The notes under the pieces: model-generated
What the model was told of the DNA's origin: nothing
Seen by the model: the letters and a program-made list of their open reading frames with translations, nothing else
Database searches by the model: none
In this document: piece after piece, positions 35,798 through 44,172 of the stretch
Numbering within the stretch: the first letter of the stretch is position 1
How the letters are laid out: each line of letters begins with the position of its first letter
Translations under genes and position numbers: made by a program
NCBI GenBank assembly: GCA_029938635.1
Contig: JAOZUQ010000004.1
Location: 8,513 to 72,512, forward strand
DNA: 64,000 nt
DNA from: Candidatus Aminicenantes bacterium
GTDB taxonomy: Bacteria; Acidobacteriota; Aminicenantia; UBA2199
Direction: 5' to 3'

Positions 35798-36769
35798 ATG
35801 GTTAATAATTTAGATAGTGCAGCCAGAGTGTTTATTGTTGTTCTCAATTTTAATAATTGGCGAGATACTGTAGAATGTCTTGACAGCCTTCTTGAGATAA
35901 CTTATAAAAATTATTCAATCGTTATTGTAGATAATGATTCAAATGATGGTTCTCCTGAAAAAATAGTTACTCACTGCAGGGGAATTAGCGAAGAGATTGA
36001 TATTTTGAATACTAATGAGCAGATTACTGCACATAAGAAAACTGTCAGAATAAAACTTTTACGGGCGGACAAGAATGGAGGATACGGATATGGGAATAAT
36101 CTCGGTATTAAATATGCACTTTCAGAAAGAGCTGATTATGTCCTTATTATCAATAATGATACAATAGTCGATCCTGATTTTTTGCAGCCCCTGGTTAATA
36201 CTTGTGAAGATGATAAAACGATGGGAATTGTTTCGGGGAAAATTTATTATTATGACAAACCGGATACAATATGGTCTAATGGAGGCCATTTTCATTCATG
36301 TACCGGGAAAGTAGAACAGTTTAATTTTAATGAGAAAGATAATGGCCTGATCCCCGAAGGGGAGATTAATTTTATCAGTGGGTGTATGTGGTTTATCCCT
36401 GTAGATGTGATACGGGAAGTCGGATATATTAACGAAGAGTATTTTATGTATATGGAAGATATTGATTATTGTCATAGAGTGCTTGAGAGAGATTATAAAC
36501 TTGCTGTTGTCCCGGAAAGCAGGATCTTCCATAAGGCAGGAGACAGGGATAAAAGTTTTTCAAAGTTCAGTGTTTACTGGAGAAGTAGAAATTACATGAT
36601 TTTATTAAAAAGAACAGAACCTTTTTTTTTCAATAGAATACTAAAGGCATTAGTATTTAATATTTTTTATTCGATAAGGTTGATAAAATATATGAAAATG
36701 AGCAGAATTCCGGATCAGTTAAGGGGGATGTTGAATGGGAGCTTACGTGGAAAACAAAAAACCACCTAA
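35798..36769 (+). CDS. Glycosyltransferase family 2.
   Basis: FIVVLNFNNWRDTVECLDSL…VIVDNDSNDGS is the GT2 N-terminal signature, with a DxD-type region downstream. 323 aa. Confidence 0.7.
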   Translation: MVNNLDSAARVFIVVLNFNNWRDTVECLDSLLEITYKNYSIVIVDNDSNDGSPEKIVTHCRGISEEIDILNTNEQITAHKKTVRIKLLRADKNGGYGYGNNLGIKYALSERADYVLIINNDTIVDPDFLQPLVNTCEDDKTMGIVSGKIYYYDKPDTIWSNGGHFHSCTGKVEQFNFNEKDNGLIPEGEINFISGCMWFIPVDVIREVGYINEEYFMYMEDIDYCHRVLERDYKLAVVPESRIFHKAGDRDKSFSKFSVYWRSRNYMILLKRTEPFFFNRILKALVFNIFYSIRLIKYMKMSRIPDQLRGMLNGSLRGKQKTT

Positions 36770-37661
36770 TCTACTGATTATAGGTGTTCATAAAGCGGGG
36801 ACCACCTCTGTTTTTGAATATCTGTCTGCTCATCCTGAAGTTTGCGGAAGCAGGAAAAAGGAACTCCATTATTATACTCCTTTAAGATTCAACAGGCCTT
36901 TGACAGATTTTGATGATTACCTGAGTAAATTCTCACATTGCCGTAAAGTAAAATATCGCCTTGAGGCCAGCCCCTCCTATCTTTATGGAAAGGGAAAGAT
37001 AGGGGGGAGGATCAGAAATGATCTTGGAAATGTCAAACTGATCCTGATCCTGAGAGATCCGGTTTCAAGGTTTATTTCATTTTATAAATCTCTAAAAACC
37101 ACTCTACGTCTTGATGTAAAGACAGAATTTGATAATTTCCTTGAAGATTCGGTTAAGGCATCATCAGGTGAGGAGTCGGAAGATGTTTATTTCAGGGGTT
37201 TCCAGGAGGGTTTATATTCAGAATATATTAAGGACTGGATTAAAATGTTTGATAGAAACTCATTAAAAATTGTTTTTTTTGAACATCTGAAAGATGATCC
37301 TTCCCGTTTCATGATCGAACTTGCTGACTGGCTTTCAATTGACGGAACTTTATATAAAGATACCGGGTTATTTAAGATCTCAAACAGAACCAGAATGCCT
37401 TCAAGTATAATGGTTCATAAATTTGCCATGTTAATGAATAAAAGGTTTGAATTTTTCTTCAGGTCACAGAAAAGATTAAAACAATCACTGAGAGAATTTT
37501 ATTTTAAGATTAACAGGGAAGAAGATATGGAAATAATTTCTGAAGCTTCTGTTAAAAGAGTGAAAGATCTGTATATCGGAGAAACAATAAAATTAAAACA
37601 GATTTTAGATAACCTGGGGATTGATTATATTCCATTATGGTTGGATAATATTAATAATTAA
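36735..37661 (+). CDS. Sulfotransferase (heparan-sulfate-sulfotransferase-like fold).
   Basis: LLIIGVHKAGTTSVFEYL is the 5'-PSB. LILILRDPVSRFISFYK is the 3'-PB. 308 aa. Overlaps the GT2 gene by 35 nt. Confidence 0.7.
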   Translation: MGAYVENKKPPNLLIIGVHKAGTTSVFEYLSAHPEVCGSRKKELHYYTPLRFNRPLTDFDDYLSKFSHCRKVKYRLEASPSYLYGKGKIGGRIRNDLGNVKLILILRDPVSRFISFYKSLKTTLRLDVKTEFDNFLEDSVKASSGEESEDVYFRGFQEGLYSEYIKDWIKMFDRNSLKIVFFEHLKDDPSRFMIELADWLSIDGTLYKDTGLFKISNRTRMPSSIMVHKFAMLMNKRFEFFFRSQKRLKQSLREFYFKINREEDMEIISEASVKRVKDLYIGETIKLKQILDNLGIDYIPLWLDNINN

Positions 37662-37706
37662 TAACAATCTATTATCAAATTATTTAGGTTTGTGAGGGGG
37701 GGATAA

Positions 37707-38573
37707 TTGCTTCCTGATTTTTTTATTGTTGGTGCTCCAAAATGCGGTACAACAACACTATATCATTTTCTGGCTTCCCATCCGGAAGTATCAATGTCGG
37801 TTCCGAAGGAGTTGAATTTTTTCTCCGGAAAAGAGATTCTTGATCAGAGACTATATTATAAAACATTTCTGGTAAAAAATCTGAATGAATATAAAAATCA
37901 CTTTAAAAAAATCAAAAACGAAAAAATTACCGGGGAGTCCAGCGTATCCTATCTTTATTACAAGGAAGTTCCCGGCAAGATTCATAAACTTATCCCTGAA
38001 GCAAAGATAATTATAATGCTTCGGGATCCGGTGCAAAGAGCGGTATCGCATTATATGATGGACAGAAGGCTTGGATACGTAAATATTCCGTTTGAAGATA
38101 TTGTTTTCAAAAATAATAATTCTGAAAAACTGGAATTATATTATCAGCAGTATATAAAGTTGGGAATGTATTATAATCCGGTTAAAAGGTATATGGATGT
38201 TTTTGGTGAAGATCAGGTATGGATAGGTTTTACAGATGATCTGAATAATAATCCGGAGACAGTATTGGGGGACCTGATTGATTTTCTGGGAGTGAGCAGA
38301 AACAATTCTAAAAATATTTCTGAAAAGCGCAATGTAAATAAAATCCCCAAATTAGATCTGATTGCAAATTTATATAAGTCCGGGAAGTTAAGGAAAACTC
38401 TAAACCTGATATTGCCTGATAAAATAAAAAAAAATATAAAAAAGATACTATTCAAATCGAGTGTGAAACAAGTTGTTGATAAGGATCTGGAGATGCATTT
38501 AAGAAAATTGTACTCTGAAGATATATTAAAACTCAGGAAACTGGTTAATAAAGATTTGGGAGAATGGGTGTAG
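37707..38573 (+). CDS. Sulfotransferase.
   Basis: FFIVGAPKCGTTTLYHFL is the 5'-PSB. IIMLRDPVQRAVSHY is the 3'-PB. TTG start after a G-rich RBS. 288 aa. Confidence 0.7.
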   Translation: MLPDFFIVGAPKCGTTTLYHFLASHPEVSMSVPKELNFFSGKEILDQRLYYKTFLVKNLNEYKNHFKKIKNEKITGESSVSYLYYKEVPGKIHKLIPEAKIIIMLRDPVQRAVSHYMMDRRLGYVNIPFEDIVFKNNNSEKLELYYQQYIKLGMYYNPVKRYMDVFGEDQVWIGFTDDLNNNPETVLGDLIDFLGVSRNNSKNISEKRNVNKIPKLDLIANLYKSGKLRKTLNLILPDKIKKNIKKILFKSSVKQVVDKDLEMHLRKLYSEDILKLRKLVNKDLGEWV

Positions 38574-38577
38574 TAAG

Positions 38578-39729
38578 TTGAACCAATCTGAAAAAATTAA
38601 GATTGCCATTATTGATCCTGTGGGAATTAAAGCGGGAATGAATTATTATGATAGTTCATTGATGAATTCTCTGGCAAAAAAGGGTTTAGGTACTTATATT
38701 TTCAGTAATTATCAGGGGACTGCCGGAGAACCTACTAAATATTTCAGTTTTTTTAAAAATCATATAAACAATTTTTTGTTGAAAAAGATTGTTTTGATGC
38801 TCAAGGGGATATTATTGTCGGTATTAAAATGCAGGAAAGAAAAAATTAATTTTATTATTATTCATATTTTCTCTTCCGGATATTTAAATTTATTTATGAT
38901 TTTGTCTATTAAAATATTTGGTTTGAAAACAATTGTCATTTCTCATGATGTGTCCAGTTTTGTTGAAAATGATCTGAAATTTGTTCAGAACATAATATAT
39001 AATAGAATTTCCGATTATATTATTGTTCATAACAGGTTTTCATTAAAAGAATTAATAAAAAATATAAAAATTGATGATCAAAATAAAATAAATATAATCA
39101 GACATGGAGCATATTCAGAATTTATAGATAAAAATATTAAAAAGAATTCTGCAAGAAAAATGCTTAGGCTTGATCCGGGAGGAAAGTATCTGCTTTTTTT
39201 TGGGCAGATTAAAAAAGTTAAAGGATTGGAAATTTTGCTTAGTGCAATGCCTTCCATCAGAAATAATATTAAACTTATAATTTGTGGAAAGCCATGGAAG
39301 GATGATTTTTTCATTTATGATCAGATCATTGAAGAATATAAAATCCAGAGCAGAGTTATAAAATTTGTCAGATATATTGAAGATCATGAAAGAGAACTAA
39401 TCTTTAAAGCTTCAGATGCTATTATAATACCATATAAGAGAATATATCAAAGTGGTGTTTTACTTATGGGGATGAGTTACGGGTTACCTGTGATTGCTTC
39501 TGATCTGGAACCGATAAAAGAGATTATTCAAGACCAGAATAATGGTATTCTATTTAAAACAGGAAATGCCGGGGATTTGGCAGAGAAAGTTAATTTACTG
39601 TTTCAAAACAATAAACTTAGAAAAACAATAAGTGAAAAATCACTTGAAACAATAAGATCAGATTTTTCATGGGAAGGGATAGCTGATAATTACATAAAAA
39701 TGATAAATTGGAATCAAGGTGAAACTTAA
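38578..39729 (+). CDS. Glycosyltransferase family 4 (GT-B, Glycos_transf_1).
   Basis: 383 aa. C-terminal half has the typical GT4 E-x7-E-like region (…GLPVIASDLEPIKEII…). TTG start. Confidence 0.6.
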   Translation: MNQSEKIKIAIIDPVGIKAGMNYYDSSLMNSLAKKGLGTYIFSNYQGTAGEPTKYFSFFKNHINNFLLKKIVLMLKGILLSVLKCRKEKINFIIIHIFSSGYLNLFMILSIKIFGLKTIVISHDVSSFVENDLKFVQNIIYNRISDYIIVHNRFSLKELIKNIKIDDQNKINIIRHGAYSEFIDKNIKKNSARKMLRLDPGGKYLLFFGQIKKVKGLEILLSAMPSIRNNIKLIICGKPWKDDFFIYDQIIEEYKIQSRVIKFVRYIEDHERELIFKASDAIIIPYKRIYQSGVLLMGMSYGLPVIASDLEPIKEIIQDQNNGILFKTGNAGDLAEKVNLLFQNNKLRKTISEKSLETIRSDFSWEGIADNYIKMINWNQGET

Positions 39730-40818
39730 TTGAAAATTGCAATTCTTGGGTCAAGGGGAATTCCTAACAACTATGGTGGTTTTGAAGAGTGTGCAGCCAG
39801 GTTATCTGTTAATCTGGTGAGGGGTGGGCACGATGTAACGGTCTATAACCCCGACACTCACCCCTATGAAGGTAATGAGTGGAAAGGAGTTAAGATAAAA
39901 AAAATATTTTTCAAGGAAAATATTTTCAGGTTTTTTGCTGTTTTTATTTTTGACTTCTTATCATTAAAAGATGCAGTGAAAGATCAGAATGATATAATTC
40001 TGGAGTTGGGATATTCTCCTGCTTCACTTTTTTACAAGTTTGTTCGAAGGGGAAGATCAAAGATAGTTACGAATATGGATGGCCTTGAGTGGAAGAGGGA
40101 TAAGTGGGGTTATCTGACCAGAAAACTTCTAAAACATTGTGAAAAAAATGCAGTAAGGCGAAGTGATGCACTTATATCAGACAATATTGGAATTCAAGAT
40201 CACTTATATAGTGAATACAATGTAAATAGTTGCTTTATTCCTTATGGAGCTGAGAAATTGACCTCACCTGGTGATCCGATACCTGGAAATTTAAACTTGA
40301 AAAAAGGTGAATACTTTCTCTCCGTTGCAAGACTTGAGCCGGAAAATAATATTGAAATGATTTTAGACGGGTATAAACGCTCTGAATCAAATTATCCATT
40401 TGTTGTAGTAGGGCCGTTAAATACAAGTTATGCCGGATTCCTGATGAAAAAATACAGGAATGAAAAAAAAATAAAGTTTATGAATGGGATCTATGATAAA
40501 AGAGTCCTGGATAATCTAAGGTGTCATTGCAGATTATACTTTCATGGCCATTCTGTAGGAGGGACAAATCCTTCACTGCTTGAAGTGATGTCTTGCGGAA
40601 CTCCAATTGCTGCTCATGACAATATATTTAACAGAAGTGTATTGGGTGATGCTGCCTATTTTTTTAAATCTTCAGAAGACGTATCATTGAACATTATAAA
40701 TAAGGACGTTGAAGTTTGTAACAAATTCTCAGATATGAATATTAAAAAGGTCAAAAATGTGTATAATTGGTCAAAAATAACTGACTCCTATTTAAAATTA
40801 TTCCTTGAAATTACTTAA
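39730..40818 (+). CDS. Glycosyltransferase, GT4-like.
   Basis: 362 aa. MKIAILGSRGIPNNYGGFEE N-terminus, and a C-terminal GTNPSLLEVMSCGTPIAAHD nucleotide-sugar-binding block. Confidence 0.6.
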   Translation: MKIAILGSRGIPNNYGGFEECAARLSVNLVRGGHDVTVYNPDTHPYEGNEWKGVKIKKIFFKENIFRFFAVFIFDFLSLKDAVKDQNDIILELGYSPASLFYKFVRRGRSKIVTNMDGLEWKRDKWGYLTRKLLKHCEKNAVRRSDALISDNIGIQDHLYSEYNVNSCFIPYGAEKLTSPGDPIPGNLNLKKGEYFLSVARLEPENNIEMILDGYKRSESNYPFVVVGPLNTSYAGFLMKKYRNEKKIKFMNGIYDKRVLDNLRCHCRLYFHGHSVGGTNPSLLEVMSCGTPIAAHDNIFNRSVLGDAAYFFKSSEDVSLNIINKDVEVCNKFSDMNIKKVKNVYNWSKITDSYLKLFLEIT

Positions 40819-41002
40819 AAAGGGAAATAATAGCTAATATTTTGATATAATCAGATTAAGGACTTTTAATATTCAGAGTTGTAAATCGAATAATACTGAA
40901 AAACCCTGATTTGTAGAATTAAAAAGTATAAATGCACGCAATTGAGCAGGAGGATATTTTTTCTTAGAGGGGAATCCGGGAAAAAAATATGGTCAAAGTA
41001 AG

Positions 41003-41518
41003 ATGATTAAGCGAGTACTATCCACTTCATTTCATTCGATAATTTCAAGATTTTTTATAACGGCTACAAATCTTTTTTTAGTTTTCTTTATTTCAAAAAA
41101 TCTGGGAAAGGTCCAATTAGGTACCTATGGAATTGTTTTCTTCTTCTTCATGTTCTTTGCATTAATATTTTCAGTTTCTCTCTTATTAAGCAGGAATCTG
41201 ATTGTTGCAGCATTCTCCCCCGAATTTCTCCATGATACCGGCAAATATCTTTTCTATTTTTCATTTATTTTAATTTTCAGATTCTTTTCATTCTCTACAG
41301 GTATTATTCTTACTTCTGCAGATGCTCAGAAGACCAGGTTTAATATAATGTTCACTGCTTCAATAATAATGATTGCTCTTGACATAATTCTCGGATCTCA
41401 ACTTCAAGTGACAGGTATGATTATTTCAAGGGCAGTTACAGAAATATTTATATTTTTTATTTTTGGGTACTATGTAAACAGGATCATTTCCAGATACGAT
41501 GTAATTAGACATACATGA
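41003..41518 (+). CDS. Small polytopic membrane protein, possibly a remnant of a flippase-like gene.
   Basis: 171 aa, 4-5 TM, no recognisable motif. Flanked by 184-bp and 144-bp non-coding gaps, unlike the tightly packed neighbours. Confidence 0.25.
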   Translation: MIKRVLSTSFHSIISRFFITATNLFLVFFISKNLGKVQLGTYGIVFFFFMFFALIFSVSLLLSRNLIVAAFSPEFLHDTGKYLFYFSFILIFRFFSFSTGIILTSADAQKTRFNIMFTASIIMIALDIILGSQLQVTGMIISRAVTEIFIFFIFGYYVNRIISRYDVIRHT

Positions 41519-41662
41519 AAATCCTGATTGTACATATTTCTGCTGTATCTCCCCAATGCTTAGAAAGAAAATGGAAAAAAGGTTATAATATAAACGTAAT
41601 GGAAAAGAAGTGTTCAATCATAAGATTTTAAAAAAGATAGATTCGGTGTAAAATAGGAAGAA

Positions 41663-42727
41663 ATGAAAATATTAATTACAGGGACAGCCGGATTCATAGG
41701 GTATCATCTTGTAAAGAAGCTTGCCGGAAAGGATCTGGAAATAGTTGGAATAGACAATATTAATGATTATTATGACGTCAATCTGAAATATGCCCGGTTG
41801 AAAGAGACAGGGATACTTAAAGAAAGGATCGAAGATGGCAAAGTTGTAAAGAGTGAGATATTTCCGGATTATTCTTTTATAAAGATGGACTTAAAAGATA
41901 GTGCCGGAGTCAATGATATTTTTAAAAAAAATAAATTTGACATGGTTTGTCACCTTGCTGCACAGGCAGGTGTAAGATATTCGATTGAGAATCCAAAAGC
42001 ATACATTGAGAGTAATCTTAACGCCTTTGCAAATATTCTTGAAGGAGTACGGAATTTTAAGACAGGGCACCTTGTCTATGCCAGCAGCTCTTCGGTTTAC
42101 GGTTTGAATGAAGCCATGCCGTTCTCGACCCATCACAATGTCGATCATCCGGTAAGTTTGTATGCCGCGACCAAGAAAGGAAATGAGCTTCTTGCACACA
42201 GTTATAGTTATCTCTATGGGATACCGGTTACTGGCCTCCGGTTCTTCACTGTTTACGGGCCATGGGGGCGGCCTGACATGGCTTTGTTTAAATTTGTCAG
42301 GAATATTCTTGAGGGGAATCCGATCGAAGTTTACAATTTCGGGAAAATGGAGAGGGATTTCACATACATAGATGATATTGTACTCGGTATCGAAAAAGTT
42401 TTATCCATACCTCCGAAAGGGAATCCAAACTGGAACGGAATGCAGCCTGATCCTTCATCCAGCACATCTCCCTACAAAATTTATAATATCGGAAATGGCA
42501 AACCGGTAAAACTGATGGATTTTATCAGTGTAATGGAAAAAACACTTGGAATAGAAGGGGAAAAAAAATTGATGCCCATCCAACCTGGAGATGTTAAGAA
42601 AACCTGGGCAGATACGGCAGATCTCGAGAGAGATACAGGATATAAACCTTCCACCCCTGTTGAGATTGGAGTCAGGAATTTTATAGATTGGTATCGGGAT
42701 TTTTATAATTTCAGAAATGATGGCTGA
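41663..42727 (+). CDS. NAD-dependent nucleotide-sugar epimerase (SDR), most similar in pattern to UDP-glucuronate 4-epimerases.
   Basis: MKILITGTAGFIGYHL Rossmann motif. YASSSSVYG and YAATKKGNE (catalytic YxxxK). TVYGPWGRPDMA block characteristic of the Cap1J/WbpP-like UDP-GlcA/GalNAcA epimerase group. Confidence 0.7.
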   Translation: MKILITGTAGFIGYHLVKKLAGKDLEIVGIDNINDYYDVNLKYARLKETGILKERIEDGKVVKSEIFPDYSFIKMDLKDSAGVNDIFKKNKFDMVCHLAAQAGVRYSIENPKAYIESNLNAFANILEGVRNFKTGHLVYASSSSVYGLNEAMPFSTHHNVDHPVSLYAATKKGNELLAHSYSYLYGIPVTGLRFFTVYGPWGRPDMALFKFVRNILEGNPIEVYNFGKMERDFTYIDDIVLGIEKVLSIPPKGNPNWNGMQPDPSSSTSPYKIYNIGNGKPVKLMDFISVMEKTLGIEGEKKLMPIQPGDVKKTWADTADLERDTGYKPSTPVEIGVRNFIDWYRDFYNFRNDG

Positions 42728-42753
42728 TCAAATAGTGAACAGGTAACAATTAA

Positions 42754-44172
42754 ATGAATGGAATAAGACGTTCATTCTTCTATATTTTCCTGTTTTTTGA
42801 TGCGCTAATCCTTATAGTCACTTTTTCAATTGCAGATATTATTTCAAGAAGCAGACTAAATGAAAAAATTCTGAATGAGATCGGGAACCCGGGCCTCTCC
42901 GAAATATTTACAATTCTTATATTTATTATTATCTGGTTCTTTTCAGCGAGGATAACTTCACTCTATGATGAATTGAAAAATTTCAACTTCGGGTCAGAAT
43001 TTTTTACTCTTCTACAGAATATATCAATTCAATTAATTGCCGGAGTGGCTGTTTTTTTCTCTTTGAAAGATATGCTGTTGTCCAGATATTTCCTGATGGC
43101 CTATTTGATCCTGGTATTTTCAGGGACACTTTTTCTAAGAGTTGTGTACAGATATGTAAAGAGATTGTTGATAAGACAGGGGAAATTAAGGAAAAATGTT
43201 CTATTAGTAGGTGATAGTGATTTCGGGAATAATTTGTTTGGTACACCGGAACGGTCAGCAACAATGGGCTATAACATAACCGGATATATTGCTGACAGCC
43301 CTGACACTGATAACCCCGGATATCTTGGGACTTTTTCCGATATTGGCAAAGTGATTACTGAGTACAATGTTGATGAAGTATTGATCACTTTAAGTACAAA
43401 AGACTCAGAAAAGCTCGATAGTATTATTGCAACTCTCTCGGCATTCCCTGTCCGTGCAAGGGTAATACCTGAATATTTTAAATTTATTTCAAATAAATAT
43501 CAGATCTCATTTTTCAATAATGTCCCCGTAATAGATATAAGGAATGATCCGCTTGATGAACTCCATTGGCGCCTGATAAAGCGGGGATTTGATGTTTTCT
43601 TTTCAATTATGTTCATTCTGTTGATTTACTCATGGCTCGGCCTTCTGATATCAATTGGTGTTAAAATAAGTTCTAAAGGCCCTGTTTATTTCAAGCAGGA
43701 GAGGTGGGGGCGAAAGAACAAACGGTTTACTTTATTTAAATTCAGGTCAATGGTAAAAGACAGCAGCGATCTGGATGGTGAAGGAAAGTTTGTACAGGCG
43801 ACCAAAGAAGATGCTCGTATTACTCCATTCGGGAAGTTTCTAAGGAAGACAAGCCTTGATGAACTGCCGCAGTTTTTTAATGTACTTTTTGGAGACATGT
43901 CCGTGATAGGGCCAAGGCCTCATGCTGTCCCCATGAATATTGAATCGAAGGATAAGATAGAGAACTATATGCTGAGGCACCTTGTTAAGCCCGGGATAAC
44001 CGGGTGGGCCCAGGTGAACGGATACAGGGGTGCAACTTTAAATAAAAAAAGGCTTGAGCGGAGGATTGAATTTGATATGTTCTATATTGAGAACTGGTCC
44101 TTCTGGTTTGATTTGCGGATCATCTTCCTTACAGTCTGGCAGGGTGTGAGGGGAGATCCGAATGCATATTAA
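42754..44172 (+). CDS. Undecaprenyl-phosphate sugar-1-phosphate transferase (WbaP/PglB-like initiating 'bacterial sugar transferase').
   Basis: 472 aa. N-terminal TM segments, then KRGFDVFFS…GPVYFKQERWG…FTLFKFRSM…DELPQFFNVLFGDMSVIGPRPH blocks of the Bac_transf domain. Confidence 0.75.
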   Translation: MNGIRRSFFYIFLFFDALILIVTFSIADIISRSRLNEKILNEIGNPGLSEIFTILIFIIIWFFSARITSLYDELKNFNFGSEFFTLLQNISIQLIAGVAVFFSLKDMLLSRYFLMAYLILVFSGTLFLRVVYRYVKRLLIRQGKLRKNVLLVGDSDFGNNLFGTPERSATMGYNITGYIADSPDTDNPGYLGTFSDIGKVITEYNVDEVLITLSTKDSEKLDSIIATLSAFPVRARVIPEYFKFISNKYQISFFNNVPVIDIRNDPLDELHWRLIKRGFDVFFSIMFILLIYSWLGLLISIGVKISSKGPVYFKQERWGRKNKRFTLFKFRSMVKDSSDLDGEGKFVQATKEDARITPFGKFLRKTSLDELPQFFNVLFGDMSVIGPRPHAVPMNIESKDKIENYMLRHLVKPGITGWAQVNGYRGATLNKKRLERRIEFDMFYIENWSFWFDLRIIFLTVWQGVRGDPNAY

